Positions 1-13,186 of a stretch of DNA of 64,000 nt are shown piece after piece. Location: the NCBI GenBank assembly GCA_002811645.1, contig PDIP01000077.1:159086-223085 (forward strand), in the 5' to 3' direction. The notes beneath the pieces were generated by a model. The model did not search any database. It was not told where the DNA came from and worked only from the letters and a program-made list of their open reading frames with translations. Positions within the stretch are counted from its first letter, which is position 1; every line of letters begins with the position of its first letter. Both the position numbers and the translations under genes were made by a program. Source of the DNA: Corallochytrium limacisporum Hawaii. Its lineage: Eukaryota; Protista; Pluriformea.

Positions 1-1259
1 CGTTGGGTAGACCACACGACCCTACGGATAACGAAGGTTCGCAGTGTGGACTCTGCAAAGAAAACAACTGTCCGGGTAAAACGGATAACGAAGGGACGAG
101 GTAAAGGAGGAAGCGGAAAGTGGGGAGGAGGAGGGAGGGGAGGGGGGAGTGTTGGGGGGCAAGGGTGATCGATGGCTGTTGGTTCTACCGTGTTTCATAC
201 CTGACCGGACCTGAAATTGCACAAGACATTCAAACCCTCAGTGCCAAAGCGACACAACGTGTTATTGGGTCATACAGCCATCCTGTTGCCCCTGGTCTTA
301 CCACCACTCGACGGTAATGATCTCACAGAAGACAGTCGTGTACGCACACTCTCTCTCTCATTGACTGGTTCTCACTCTCCTATGTCGCCATCCTCTGCTA
401 GTATCTGTGTGTTTCATGCACAATCTTGTGGTGGGACACACCTCTCTTCTCATTAAAGACGCATTGTCTGCTACAGATCCGCAATCAACCACACGGCTAC
501 GTCTAGATCGCTGCTCGGTATCGCAACACAGACAAATCTCACGATAAACTGATGGATACTGCAGGAAGACATAAACTACTAAGCATGTCCGGTATTCGTG
601 GGGCTTGGACGTTAGAGTCAATTTTCCGGTCCGGGTGTAGTAGCGCCACTGAACCAATAGCTGTGAACATGCACGGAAGACCCGCCCCTGCCGTCATCAA
701 TCGCCGTTCATTTATCATCGTAAGTTCATCATCATGCACGCGCATCCGTGTAGCACATCGTCCATAGACAGAGCTATTGCAGGCTGAATGCTGCAACATG
801 CAGAACACGGAGTGTGCACGCAACTCTGAGGTAGGCGCTGCTGCTGTGTCAGCGTGTGGCTGTGTGACGATGGAATGATAAAATTGTCAAAATTCAGTTC
901 ACATCGATGTTTATGTTTGCGTACCTGAAGAATTGCGATCTGTCACGGCTAGGTGCAGATAGACGGGGACGACCCCACATGCTGGTATTGGTGGAAGTGA
1001 AGAACGAGGTTGTGCAGTGGTTGGTGGTGGTGGTGGTGATGGTAATGGGCGCAATATACGTGTATTAGATGCTGCCTTACCCGGTTTTCAAGACATACAA
1101 ACAGTATCGAGGTTTTGGATGAGTAATTGAAAATTTTCCTAGCACCATATAATTTGTTCCTTGCTTTTCCTACAATCCCCTCTCATCTCCTTTCCAAATC
1201 TATGCGACTCTTGCGGAATGTCCGTTCAACGCCGATGCGCAGGTCCTTGCGTTAATCTT

Positions 1260-1925
1260 GAAACAGCCACTCACCGTGCAGCCATACTCAATATACCACA
1301 AGATGTGGGCCTCTGGTTCAGAAAAGCCACTCTTCAGCCCAACCCCTAAACACCCCCCCCTTCCCCTTTCGAGTTACATCGGTCCATCCATCCAAGGCTC
1401 TTTTTATAGTACTTTCACCATACCGCAGTGCAGGCGTGCCAAGATACCATGGAAGAATTGCGCTACGACCGGCCCTGTCGGCTCGTGGCAGTGACATGGC
1501 CAAGGTGTTGGCCCCTGTCCCCAAGACCTCCCTACATTTACTATTGACCGCTGAAATCCTGGCCTTAATGATCGGTGGGCGTTGATTGGTGGGGCCAACG
1601 GAGCGAATGGGTCGGGTGCCTGGTAGGGTCGCCCCATTCGCCGAGCGCCGCATTTCCTTTCTTTCTAATTGTTCTTTCAGTCTTTTCTGTTCCTGCGTTT
1701 TTCCTTCCGCCTTTCCTTTGTTTCCTTGGTCTGTTTCTCCTTTAGCAGCCCTTCAAAATTCTCGCTCATTCTTGACAGCTGGTTCATCAACAGTGTTGTT
1801 CTGTTGGGTGGTGGAAACAAATCTTATCCAGGCCTCACGGAGGGACACACTTTCTGTACTGCCAGTGGCCCAGTACTCACCCACCGCCCTGGAACTTGCA
1901 CAGCTCGGCTCTCCGTCTCTCTTTC
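1260..1925 (-). pseudogene. Possible decayed coding remnant (Ty3/gypsy-like gag/protease?)
   Basis: One minus-strand frame interrupted by stops reads ...ESVSLREAWIRF...(K/E/Q-rich)...PIIKARISAVNSKCREVLGTGANTLAMS. This loosely resembles gag 'ESLxEAWERF' and retropepsin 'LDTGA' with the catalytic D replaced by G. The similarity is weak and judged by eye. Confidence 0.2.
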
Positions 1926-4643
1926 AGCTCGACGCATTTCCTTTTTCTCACTCAGACCTTTCCTTTTGGTCACTTTCGTCTGTCTGCTGCATCTCTTTTT
2001 CCTTGGTGTTGTTGGTACCAGTGGTAATTGCTTTTTGGACAATCGTTCCCGACCCTTCACACGGACCATCATAGTGGTGCAATTATTCATGCCATACCAT
2101 CGGAGCGCGCAACCCCCGCGCGGTCCCAGAGACATTGTCATCATTCCTGCTGCGCTCAATCCCATCGGCTTCCGTATAGTGAAAGTACCCGTAATGAGAG
2201 GAAGGGGCAGGAGCCCGAGGGGACCAACACGCTCTATTCATAAGAGACGAGATCTTCAACAGGAAACGCTCGGGAATTCTGTGTTAAACCGGGCTCCTTC
2301 CAACACTACCCTACCCTACCCCTTTCCCGTCCCTCCTCGGCAGTTCCTACGGTTCGATTTCGTCTGTGGTTGCCCATTTGTGCGGGTTCGTTTCCCTTTT
2401 CTCACACAAAAAAAACACAAAAGACAACATACGAACGCAGTCTGTGTGTCTGTCTCCTCGGGGTGAACTGGCCCTCCCCCTCCCCTCCTTCCCTTCCCTC
2501 TCCGTGACTTTTTGCTTTCTCCTGTGACGTTCCGGTCCCCAGCCCCCACCCCCATCCGCGAGTCCCCAATTCCAGACTCCTACCCTCTTTCCTTGTGTGT
2601 GTGTGGGGGGGGGGGGTATGTGCACTGGTTTAGATTTTATTGAGCGGTATTTCACTACGGACACGAGGCTCAATCGGCGATCAGGGGGAGACGTAATGAG
2701 GAAAGTGCTGAATGCCTGAGGGGGGCCGAAGAACGTCGGCGGAAGGGTGGACCCCGCCTCCCTGATCGGCAGCATGATGCGCCAGCGGAATAAATTCGGC
2801 TCCCCCTGCCCCATATAAATCAAAGGGTAGACTCATTAGGTTTTTTTCGGGTCTAATGATTTTTTTCTTTGGTGTTTCCTTCGGGATTGCTATTTTTCTT
2901 GGTTTCACAGGGCAAGGCATTTGTTGGTGGCAGAGTTCTTCCGACGCCCCTCTGACTCAGTGCTTGCCCTCCACATGTGTCGCACGGTCTGTTCTACGTA
3001 ATACATTTGGTATGTAATATTGATTAATATGTGAACAATTGAGGTATACGATCAAAGGCTGCGCAACCTTTGCGCGGAGTTTGAAACGGCGGTCTTTCCC
3101 CGGTTATTCGGTCGCCACCGTTGCGTTTTTCGTCGTTCTCGGCACACCACGGAGGCCGGGGTTTCCCTTTTTTTTTCTTTTCTTTTTCCTTCTTCCGCTG
3201 GTGCAGTGGGTCCTCTTTGAAGGAACACGAAGCCCCGTACCAACCAAGGGAAAAACGCAGACGACGGGGGTGGCCATTTTCCCGAGCGGCGGAAAATTGT
3301 TCAACGCTTGCTCTCAGCAGACCCTGTGGTGAGGGGGACGAGGAAAGCTCTCCTCCCCCCCCCTCCTCCCTTCCTTCTTCCCTTCCCTTTCCCGGGCTCC
3401 GGGCGGAGAGTAAAACGGGACTGTTCCACTGATGAGAAACTTAGACGGAGAGATCGAGTAGTCTGGGACGGAAGAAGCGGGGGAGGGAAGGAGGGGGAGG
3501 GGATGGACACAAAGAAGAGAATCCTCAGAAATTGATGAAAACCCTTCCCGCACCAGACAACGACGGGAAAAATGACCTTCGATGCGGCACAATTTATAAG
3601 GTGGCCGCAACATCGGAGAAAAAACCGGCGCGGCCGGTCTTGGGTAGAGAGAACGGACCATCAGCAGCAGGCATGCTTAGGGTACTGCCCTCACCCGGAG
3701 CACGCCCACCACACCAGCATCCCCCCAAGACTTTGGATGGGTAAGAGATGCTGTCTTTGGGAAGTGTGTGTGTGTGAGTGTGAGTGTGAGTGTGTGTGGA
3801 GAGAGTGTGTGTGCGTGTATGTGCGGTGCGTGTGTGTTCCGGAGCCGCAACGTTTAGAACGCTAATTGATGAGAATTTCCAACACACACCAAAAAAAAAC
3901 CAACCGAGAAGGGAACGGAAGACTTTTCGGCTCTGGCCTAGGCCCCGAACTGTCCTTTTTGTTCGCCCTTTTCGCCGTGTTTCAAACTTGTCTCCCCAAC
4001 CCCCGCCCTCGCCGATTTTTGTCTGGCTATCTTTCTCTTTTTCCTGTGCGTCGGGGGCAGTTCCGGTCTACCTACCCCCCTTTCCCCCCCCCTTCCTCCC
4101 TCCCCTCCTCAACCTTCCCCCCGACACACACACACACACTCTTCCTCCTTCGCTTCTTCCTTTCCACACTTTCGTACTGTCTCCCAGTTTTCTCTCCTTT
4201 CTTTTTCCTCCCGGTCGGGTCCGCTTTGTCCGAGTGCTCCCTTCCGCTGGTGGCTGTGAATTTTTGCTTAAAACAATTTTCTCTTGGTTTTTCTTTCCCT
4301 GGGGTTTTTTTCTCGGGAGAGCTAGAAAGATAGAAATCCTTGAAGAGTTTTTTTTCCCTGGGCGGTGAGGCAGGAGCGGTGGGGACCGCTCGGCGAAGGG
4401 GTGAGGGGGGAGTAGTCTGTCTTTACGGCCAAGCTTTGGAAAGGGGAAACTGGTCGGTGTGCCACTTTGTGATGATTGATGATGATATGAGCTGACACCC
4501 CAGGGCCCGTAGATAAATTGAACCACAGGGAGAAGGGATAAAGAGTTTCTCGTTGCAGACATTCTTGGAGTTTTGGAAGGCTGTTGAATGTGTTGAATTC
4601 GGGTTGTGTCGGGGCAGGATCCATTGGAGACTAATGGAAGCAG

Positions 4644-4750
4644 GTATGTCACAACAGCTATTTCCGGATGTGGGGAGTCAGAAATACAAAGTACTGTAAA
4701 CGATTGTTAACAAGGAGCGTGTAGAGCTTGACAGGATAAATTTTTTACAG
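4644..4750 (+). other. Candidate 5'UTR spliceosomal intron of the Rho GTPase gene
   Basis: CAG|GTATGT donor at 4644; TTGAC then TTTTTTACAG acceptor ending 4750 (alternative acceptor TAG at 4724). Confidence 0.55.
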
Positions 4751-4947
4751 GGACACTTCGTAAGGTGACATCCTGTGAATAGGAAGTGTAAACCAGCAGT
4801 AGTGGTTCACAAGAACGTATGGAAGTGTTATAGGGTTAGACTTGCCAACAAATATCGCGTAGACGGGACAAACATCCCTTGGATTCTTATTCCGTGGACA
4901 GTCAGGAACATACTTCAACACAGGTATTGCAACCCGCAACAGCAGGC

Positions 4948-5598
4948 ATGAAGCGGGCAATGCCCAACCCCGAGGCTGCTCTCACCGACGGTGATCAGTC
5001 AGCATACAAATGTTACGTACTCGGCGATGGTGCTGTGGGAAAAACGAGCGCATTATTAAGCTACGTACAGCGGAGGTTCCCCACAGCCTATGTGCCCACA
5101 GTTTTGGATAATTACTCAACAGACGTCCTCATTGACGGGGACATACAACGGTTTTTGATCTGCGACACAGCGGGGCAGGATGAATACAGTGCATTCCGGG
5201 ACTGTGTGCTGCCAGCAATTACGCCCGCAAGTCGCAATACAGTGTGTCTGATCTTTTTCAATGTGATGTACCCCACATCATTCCATAATATTCAGTACAA
5301 ATGGGTGCCATACGTACGGGAAATGCTGGCGAACGGAGCCTTTGTGATTGTGGGAACTCAGATTGACCGAAGGCTTAGTGAGGAACATTTGGCAAAGCTG
5401 CGGAGAGAAACTGGTGAAGAGCCTATTTATCCGGAACAGGGAAGAGCCTTGGCTAAGAAAGTGGGAGCGCTCGCCTACATGGAGTGCTCCGCGCTCACCC
5501 GGGATGGTTTGAAGGACGTGTTTGATACGGCCATTGCCACTTGCATTGACTTGCCTAAGGTCAAGAAGAAATCGGTACTGCAGAAGCGCTTCGCTTAG
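4948..5598 (+). CDS. Rho-family small GTPase, Cdc42-like, atypical (no CAAX)
   Basis: G1 LGDGAVGKT, effector loop YVPTVLDNY, G3 DTAGQDEY, Cdc42-type G4 VGTQID, G5 ECSALT, polybasic tail KVKKKSVLQKRFA. First in-frame ATG is at 4948; the ORF track starts at a TTG. Confidence 0.93.
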   Translation: MKRAMPNPEAALTDGDQSAYKCYVLGDGAVGKTSALLSYVQRRFPTAYVPTVLDNYSTDVLIDGDIQRFLICDTAGQDEYSAFRDCVLPAITPASRNTVCLIFFNVMYPTSFHNIQYKWVPYVREMLANGAFVIVGTQIDRRLSEEHLAKLRRETGEEPIYPEQGRALAKKVGALAYMECSALTRDGLKDVFDTAIATCIDLPKVKKKSVLQKRFA

Positions 5599-5854
5599 GC
5601 GTGTATATGCAGAGTTTACTTTATGTATCAAAACACACAACGACTGTTTCAACGCGCAAAATGTGTGTGAGTCAGGATCGTGTCCATCAGCTTGATGGAT
5701 CAAAGGGCGCTGGCGTCTAAGAAAAGGGTTCTGAGTCACCTTCACACAAAACAAAATAAAGGTTGATCCAACGCCTTGAGGCATCTAATCAATTGTTTTG
5801 ACGCATTTCCAGTGTCCGTACAATGTCTATTTATGTTACTAGTCCGCGTGGTTT

Positions 5855-6574
5855 TCAAGCAATGGTGATTTGAGCAGGCTTCCACTCGGTTTGGCCGTCA
5901 GCGGTCAGGATCTGCACCAGCGATCCGTTGGCCTCCCGGCTTGTGGGCTCGGTAATGCGCTTCAGCAGACCGGAAGCGACTTCCTCAAGAGAAGTCCACT
6001 TGGAGTGGTCGGCATCGGGCATGAACTTCAGATTCATCGGGGTGGACAAGGTAGTGGGCAGAATGGCAATAGTAGTGGCGCCCTTGGGCATGCCGCTGTC
6101 ATCCTGGGCAAGACCCTGGACCAATTGGTGTACGGCAGCCTTGGCCAGGCCATATCCCAGCATAAAGGAGGTGCCCTTTAGCGCCGGGACGGCACCCGTA
6201 AGGACCAGTAGGCCATTCTCCTCCAGAAACTGAGAGCTAACGCGAGCAGAGATGATGGAAGTCCACACGGACTGCTTAATCATTAGGTCCGTGTTTTTCA
6301 CCAGTTCATCGGAGGCGGCGTTGCCACCAGCCCAGCCACCAGCAACGCATACCACAGCAGAAAGCTTCTTGTCGCCCAGAGCTTCTTTCAGCCCGCTGAG
6401 GACAGCCTGCTCCTGTTCCTCAAAACTTTGCTCAAATTTTAGCACAATATTTCCTACAGCTTCCTCATTGGGCTTAAAGTCAATAGAGATCACGTTGAGG
6501 CCAGAGGCCTTGAAGGCACTAACGCATTGGCCACCCAGGGCACCTTTGCCACCGTAAACGACAACGTAGCTCAT
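5855..6574 (-). CDS. QDPR: Dihydropteridine reductase (SDR family)
   Basis: VVYGGKGALG, CVAGGWAGGNA, KQSVWTS, GYGLAKAAVHQL, TPMN..MPDAD.SKWT are characteristic of DHPR. Confidence 0.95.
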   Translation of the reverse strand: MSYVVVYGGKGALGGQCVSAFKASGLNVISIDFKPNEEAVGNIVLKFEQSFEEQEQAVLSGLKEALGDKKLSAVVCVAGGWAGGNAASDELVKNTDLMIKQSVWTSIISARVSSQFLEENGLLVLTGAVPALKGTSFMLGYGLAKAAVHQLVQGLAQDDSGMPKGATTIAILPTTLSTPMNLKFMPDADHSKWTSLEEVASGLLKRITEPTSREANGSLVQILTADGQTEWKPAQITIA

Positions 6575-6638
6575 ATCTAGATTGGAGACTGTGACTGATT
6601 CTGTCTCAAGATTTACTGATATAGGTCTTCGAAATTTA

Positions 6639-6833
6639 CTATCATGTTTATGTCAGCTTTGAAATAGGCTCAAACACCAGCAGCATTCCTCTATTACTAG
6701 ACCTCCTGGAATCCTCCCTGGTTGCTTTCCCTTCGTGTTCTGCACTGCGTAGGGAGCACAGCTCCTTCCCACGGGCTATTGTCATCTACTACCAACGCAA
6801 CTTCAGATGGACTCCCCTCAGCCAAACACATAC
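6639..6833 (-). other. Candidate 5'UTR intron of QDPR
   Basis: Minus strand GTATGT at 6833; GCTGAC + 10 nt + TAG ending 6639. The pairing of this donor with this acceptor is uncertain. Confidence 0.4.
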
Positions 6834-6999
6834 ATAAACTACATGAGGAATCAATTTCAATAGTGAAATCAAATACCAATGAGATGGCATTTTGCATATT
6901 TATACCAAATCAAATCAATTATTTTATTGACCTCCACACCCTTTTGTTGACTTTATAGTCGCCTCTCTCGATTTCCCTACTGATTTTTGCCACTGAAAG

Positions 7000-7175
7000 A
7001 CTCGCACCGGCAAAAAGACGGATGGGAGTGAGTGTGAGTATAGTGCGTGCGGGGCGGCGGGGTGAATGCGGCGGGAGAGCGGATGGGAATGGAGGGGGAG
7101 GGGGAGGGGGGGGAGGAACCGGATGACCCGCGTGTTGCAGGGCTCCCCGCTCTCCATACGCAGACACACCCCCGT
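7000..7175. promoter_or_regulatory. G-run/GT-rich island in the 813-bp QDPR/DHX15 divergent (bidirectional) promoter region
   Basis: GGGAGTGAGTGTGAG...GGGGCGGCGGGG...GGGGGAGGGGGAGGGGGGGGAGG lies between two head-to-head genes; G-quadruplex-compatible. Confidence 0.5.
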
Positions 7176-7267
7176 TCAGCTTTGGACAAGTTTTCAGTAG
7201 CCGTACACAACAACTGTGAAGTGCATTGAGGTCACAACGGTGCTTATTGACGACCATAACGCACGAT

Positions 7268-7333
7268 GTAAGCATTAAGAAGGTACTTCCTTCTTCTGAT
7301 GCAGAACAAAGGCGCACTCACAATTGGATACAG
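7268..7333 (+). other. Candidate 66-nt 5'UTR intron of DHX15
   Basis: GTAAGC donor, ACTCAC branch at 7316, 9 nt spacer, CAG acceptor; ends 54 nt before the ATG. Confidence 0.6.
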
Positions 7334-7375
7334 GCAAACAGTTCGCATCAGGCGGGACAACATAAAGAAAGATAG

Positions 7376-9505
<2,130 letters not shown>

Positions 9506-9587
9506 AGAGCCATTGAGAGTGACATGTAATATCGTACTATAGTAAAATTCTTTATCAAAGCTGAAGCACTAATCTCTTTCCTTCATG

Positions 9588-10151
9588 TCATTTCTGACCA
9601 CTGAGCTTTCCTATGTAGTTGACCTGCTCTCGCTCGAGAATGAGATCATCAATTTTCTTCTGGTATGTACGGGATGTGGCTGAAATTTGCTCCTTGTGTC
9701 GTTTCCGTTCACTCTCTAACACTTCAACGGTTACCTTTAGCTGATCCTCCAGGCGATCCGCAGAGTCCTCTACGTGCCGCAGTTGCGTGATCTTCTGCTC
9801 TAATGTCACGATCTGTCCACGCAACAAATCACGCTCACGTTTCCATGTCTGTTCCTGTTTTGAAAAGTCAGAATTGAGATCATTGGTGGTCTTCTCATAC
9901 ATATGTGCATTTAGCTTGACCTGCTTCTGCAAATGTCCGTTCTCCGTTTCGAGAATCATGACCCGCTCCTCTAGAGTCATAACCGCTCGGTTTGAGTCAT
10001 GCATGGCTTTCACGAGATCCTCTTTCTCATGTTCAAGCTGCTGGCAACGGCAAGTCCTGATAAAATTCATCAGTTTCTCGCCCATGTCCCGGTTCGCTGC
10101 CTCGTGCATTTCAATGATGGCACTTTTCTGTCGGCACGATACGCACGGCAT
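9588..10151 (-). CDS. Uncharacterised coiled-coil protein
   Basis: 187-aa ORF, E/K/Q/L heptad-rich; ends 82 bp from the DHX15 stop, fitting the convergent-pair pattern. Start uncertain. Confidence 0.7.
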   Translation of the reverse strand: MPCVSCRQKSAIIEMHEAANRDMGEKLMNFIRTCRCQQLEHEKEDLVKAMHDSNRAVMTLEERVMILETENGHLQKQVKLNAHMYEKTTNDLNSDFSKQEQTWKRERDLLRGQIVTLEQKITQLRHVEDSADRLEDQLKVTVEVLESERKRHKEQISATSRTYQKKIDDLILEREQVNYIGKLSGQK

Positions 10152-10533
10152 TGTTTCTCTGCTTTCTACTGCGAGTCGCAGGCCATCAGAATAAACCTAT
10201 CACATTTTGTGGGACCGATTGTATTGTCCCGATGGCCGATGATACCGTTGGTTCACCCTGGCTGTGTTGCGTGCCACCGCGATATGTTTCCTTGTGAATA
10301 TCAGATAGCTCCTCCAAACTCCGAACGTTTCCCGCCGAAAAAAGAAAAAAGAAAAAAGAAAGGTTACCCCTCACCGCTCCGCCACCCTCCCGGGAAAAAG
10401 GGGGCCCCCTTCTCTACGCACACAATTTCTACGCCCACCCGGCGAAGGGCAGTACATTTTCGACCGGTCCGGCATTTGGGTGCGCACCATCGGTCCCTCG
10501 CGGGTTGAGCCCCGGGAAGGGGGGGAGGATGGG

Positions 10534-10726
10534 NNNNNNNNNNNNNNNNNNNNNNNNNNNNNNNNNNNNNNNNNNNNNNNNNNNNNNNNNNNNNNNNNNN
10601 NNNNNNNNNNNNNNNNNNNNNNNNNNNNNNNNNNNNNNNNNNNNNNNNNNNNNNNNNNNNNNNNNNNNNNNNNNNNNNNNNNNNNNNNNNNNNNNNNNNN
10701 NNNNNNNNNNNNNNNNNNNNNNNNNN
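10534..10726. other. Assembly gap (N run)
   Basis: N run flanked by G homopolymers. Confidence 1.
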
Positions 10727-11078
10727 GGGGGGGGTGGGTCTCACCGTCCCCTGCCCTCCTCGCTGTGGGGCGCCCCCTTCCTCGCCGTAAGGGCGGGGGG
10801 AGTTCGGGGTGTGAGGACCACGAAAACAACGAATTGGGACCCCGGTGAGCGGCGCTCAGCATAACCTTGACTTGATGGGACGACGTGGAATGAGACAGCT
10901 ATATTAGGCTACAGTTGTGGAAGAATTAGAACTGACTACTGTGGTGCAAGATGAGTAATTTAGTCATGTGTACCCAAACAAACGTGAGCTGCTTTTTCTA
11001 TTCATCGTCATGACATGGCCAGGTTCCATCATATAGGGTGAAAGCGCGTTTGGACTGAATGTCAGTAACTCAATAACC

Positions 11079-13130
11079 ATGCGTACCCTATCATTCGTGC
11101 ATAAAATCATAGTGCCCTTTCCGGGAAAGATTATTCCAAACGCCATTACATTTGGAGACGTTGACAACGACGGCAGGGGCGAATTGGTCATCGGCAATGT
11201 GGAGGGATTGTTGTACATCATTAAGGGTCGGTCGACCAAGCCATGGTTGATTTTTGATTCCATGGGTAGTATCACCGTGGTCCGGTTTATGAAGATATCG
11301 CGGACTGGGCCAAACTATCTCTGTGTGATCACTGCTGAGGGAAGTCTCTTTATCTGTAATAGCAACAGACTTCGAGAAGGTCTTGAAGTTGCACAGAAGC
11401 AGTCCCCGGACGATGCGGTTAAGACAATATTTGGTGAACCACACCCAGTAAATATAAACATTCGTTCGGCGGTGTGTGCTGATTTCGACGGTGACGGGCG
11501 GAATGAGCTGGCGGTCGGCCGGACCGACCGCAAGGTTCACTTCTATCGTCTGATCATTAACGAAGCTGGCGATGTGGTGAAAATTCAAGAATATGCGCGC
11601 CAGAATTTCTTTCAGCAGATTGATGGTATGTCTGCGAATCTAAACTCAGCCGATGGTTCCATGGAACTCCTTGTCGCACAGTCAGCAGGTAGCTACGCAA
11701 GGGTGGACAGTCAGAACCAAGTGCACTACGTGAAGGCTTCAGTGGGTGTTGGGCAGGATCACGGTGTCGTCGCCTCGGGCATTATTGGTGGTGTAGACTT
11801 TGTGGGCCGGGGCATATCACGAGACTCTTTTGACCAGGAACTACATGGCATGATCCCCGGAATGGTCAAGGGCCGCACATCCTCGATTCGATCACCCCGG
11901 AAGGGAAGAGGCAGGCGTCACTCGTCTCGCAATTCGGCTCCCGGAACCCCATCCCGACTGGAGATGCCGGACATCACTGAGCGGAGCGAAAGGGACACGG
12001 ACGAGATACGAGATGGTGTAGTATCGCCGACTTCCAAGGATGACGAGATGGGGGCACGGGACAAGCACACAGACGACGCATTGAAGACATCCGGCAGCGC
12101 TGATCTCACTCCTGCGGCTCCAACCCGGCAAAGTCGAACGCACGAAGACCGCCTGCGAAATCTGATCGCTACTGCCACATCTGATGGATCCATTCGCCTG
12201 ATCAAGGATGGCGAAGACATCTGGGAACTGCAGGTCGATCACCAGCTCTTTGGCATGCAAAAGTTTGATTTCTTAGGCGATGACCGGGACGAAATTGTGG
12301 CGGTCAGCTGGGATGGTATGACCTACATAATTGACCATGATAAGGAAGGCATTCGTTTTAAGTTTCCGCAAAATATCGCTGCATTCGCCGCGGGACATTA
12401 TGCCATGTCTGACAATGTTACTGAATCGGCCACTTCGACGGGCAATGGACCTGCAGAAGATGGTGCTCATCACCCAAAGACGGACTCTCAGGCATTAGCC
12501 TGCAATGAACCTTGCCTCGCGTATCTGACCTTCTCGGACGAGATTCACATCTACTACCAGCTGGAAATCACCCACCTCAAGTCTGTGGATCTTTTCAAGG
12601 TTATGCACCGTGAAGTGGAGGAATACCAAGAAGAGATTGCGACCTCTAAGCTACAACAGGGAGATGCCAAGGCGGAGAAGAACGAGCTCGCTCATTTCTT
12701 TGCCATGTGTCTTGACAACACAATTGAGGTTCAGTACCTCGAACATAAAACAGCCTTGATGCGCGTGCAGTTGGCAGAGATGCGCAAGCGCATCGCGCGC
12801 GAGCAGGATCCAAACCACCGACAGCGCACACGACCTTCTTTAGCGCTGCGGCACAGCGCTCTCCGCCCGACCTCAGCTTCGGCGACCGGGGTCTCGGAAT
12901 CGCCATCGCTGGTGCCGGCTCGATCGGACTACTCAGGAGACGAGACCATCGACCCGGAGTACCTGCCAGATCTGAGCGTATCACAGCTCACCGTCGGTGA
13001 TGTGGCGGCCATGCAGTTGCCCCCGGCTAGAACGCGGAGTGGCAGTCTTACGTCTGCCCCTGATGACTTGCTAGCCGATGGGCAATCCCTGGACGGACTG
13101 ACTCCGGACAACATGAGAGGCTCATTATAA
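11079..13130 (+). CDS. ITFG2: ITFG2 (FG-GAP repeat protein, KICSTOR subunit) homolog
   Basis: N-terminus MRTLSFV..FPGKIIPNAITFGDVDNDG..ELVIG and WELQVDHQLF..EIVAVSWDGMTYIIDH..IRF....NIAAFAAG match the ITFG2 pattern as I recall it; FG-GAP-like DFDGDG motif. Confidence 0.88.
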   Translation: MRTLSFVHKIIVPFPGKIIPNAITFGDVDNDGRGELVIGNVEGLLYIIKGRSTKPWLIFDSMGSITVVRFMKISRTGPNYLCVITAEGSLFICNSNRLREGLEVAQKQSPDDAVKTIFGEPHPVNINIRSAVCADFDGDGRNELAVGRTDRKVHFYRLIINEAGDVVKIQEYARQNFFQQIDGMSANLNSADGSMELLVAQSAGSYARVDSQNQVHYVKASVGVGQDHGVVASGIIGGVDFVGRGISRDSFDQELHGMIPGMVKGRTSSIRSPRKGRGRRHSSRNSAPGTPSRLEMPDITERSERDTDEIRDGVVSPTSKDDEMGARDKHTDDALKTSGSADLTPAAPTRQSRTHEDRLRNLIATATSDGSIRLIKDGEDIWELQVDHQLFGMQKFDFLGDDRDEIVAVSWDGMTYIIDHDKEGIRFKFPQNIAAFAAGHYAMSDNVTESATSTGNGPAEDGAHHPKTDSQALACNEPCLAYLTFSDEIHIYYQLEITHLKSVDLFKVMHREVEEYQEEIATSKLQQGDAKAEKNELAHFFAMCLDNTIEVQYLEHKTALMRVQLAEMRKRIAREQDPNHRQRTRPSLALRHSALRPTSASATGVSESPSLVPARSDYSGDETIDPEYLPDLSVSQLTVGDVAAMQLPPARTRSGSLTSAPDDLLADGQSLDGLTPDNMRGSL

Positions 13131-13186
13131 AAGGACTGTGTTCTCAGACACGGGTTCTAATCTGTGCTTATAATCCTTTAGAATAT

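Noticed and set aside
5570-5695. Hidden CAAX for the Rho GTPase through read-through or +1 frame (...GSCPSA*)
   Set aside because: Read-through ends ...AKCV, which is not CAAX. CPSA is a poor motif and no slippery site or convincing intron leads into that frame.
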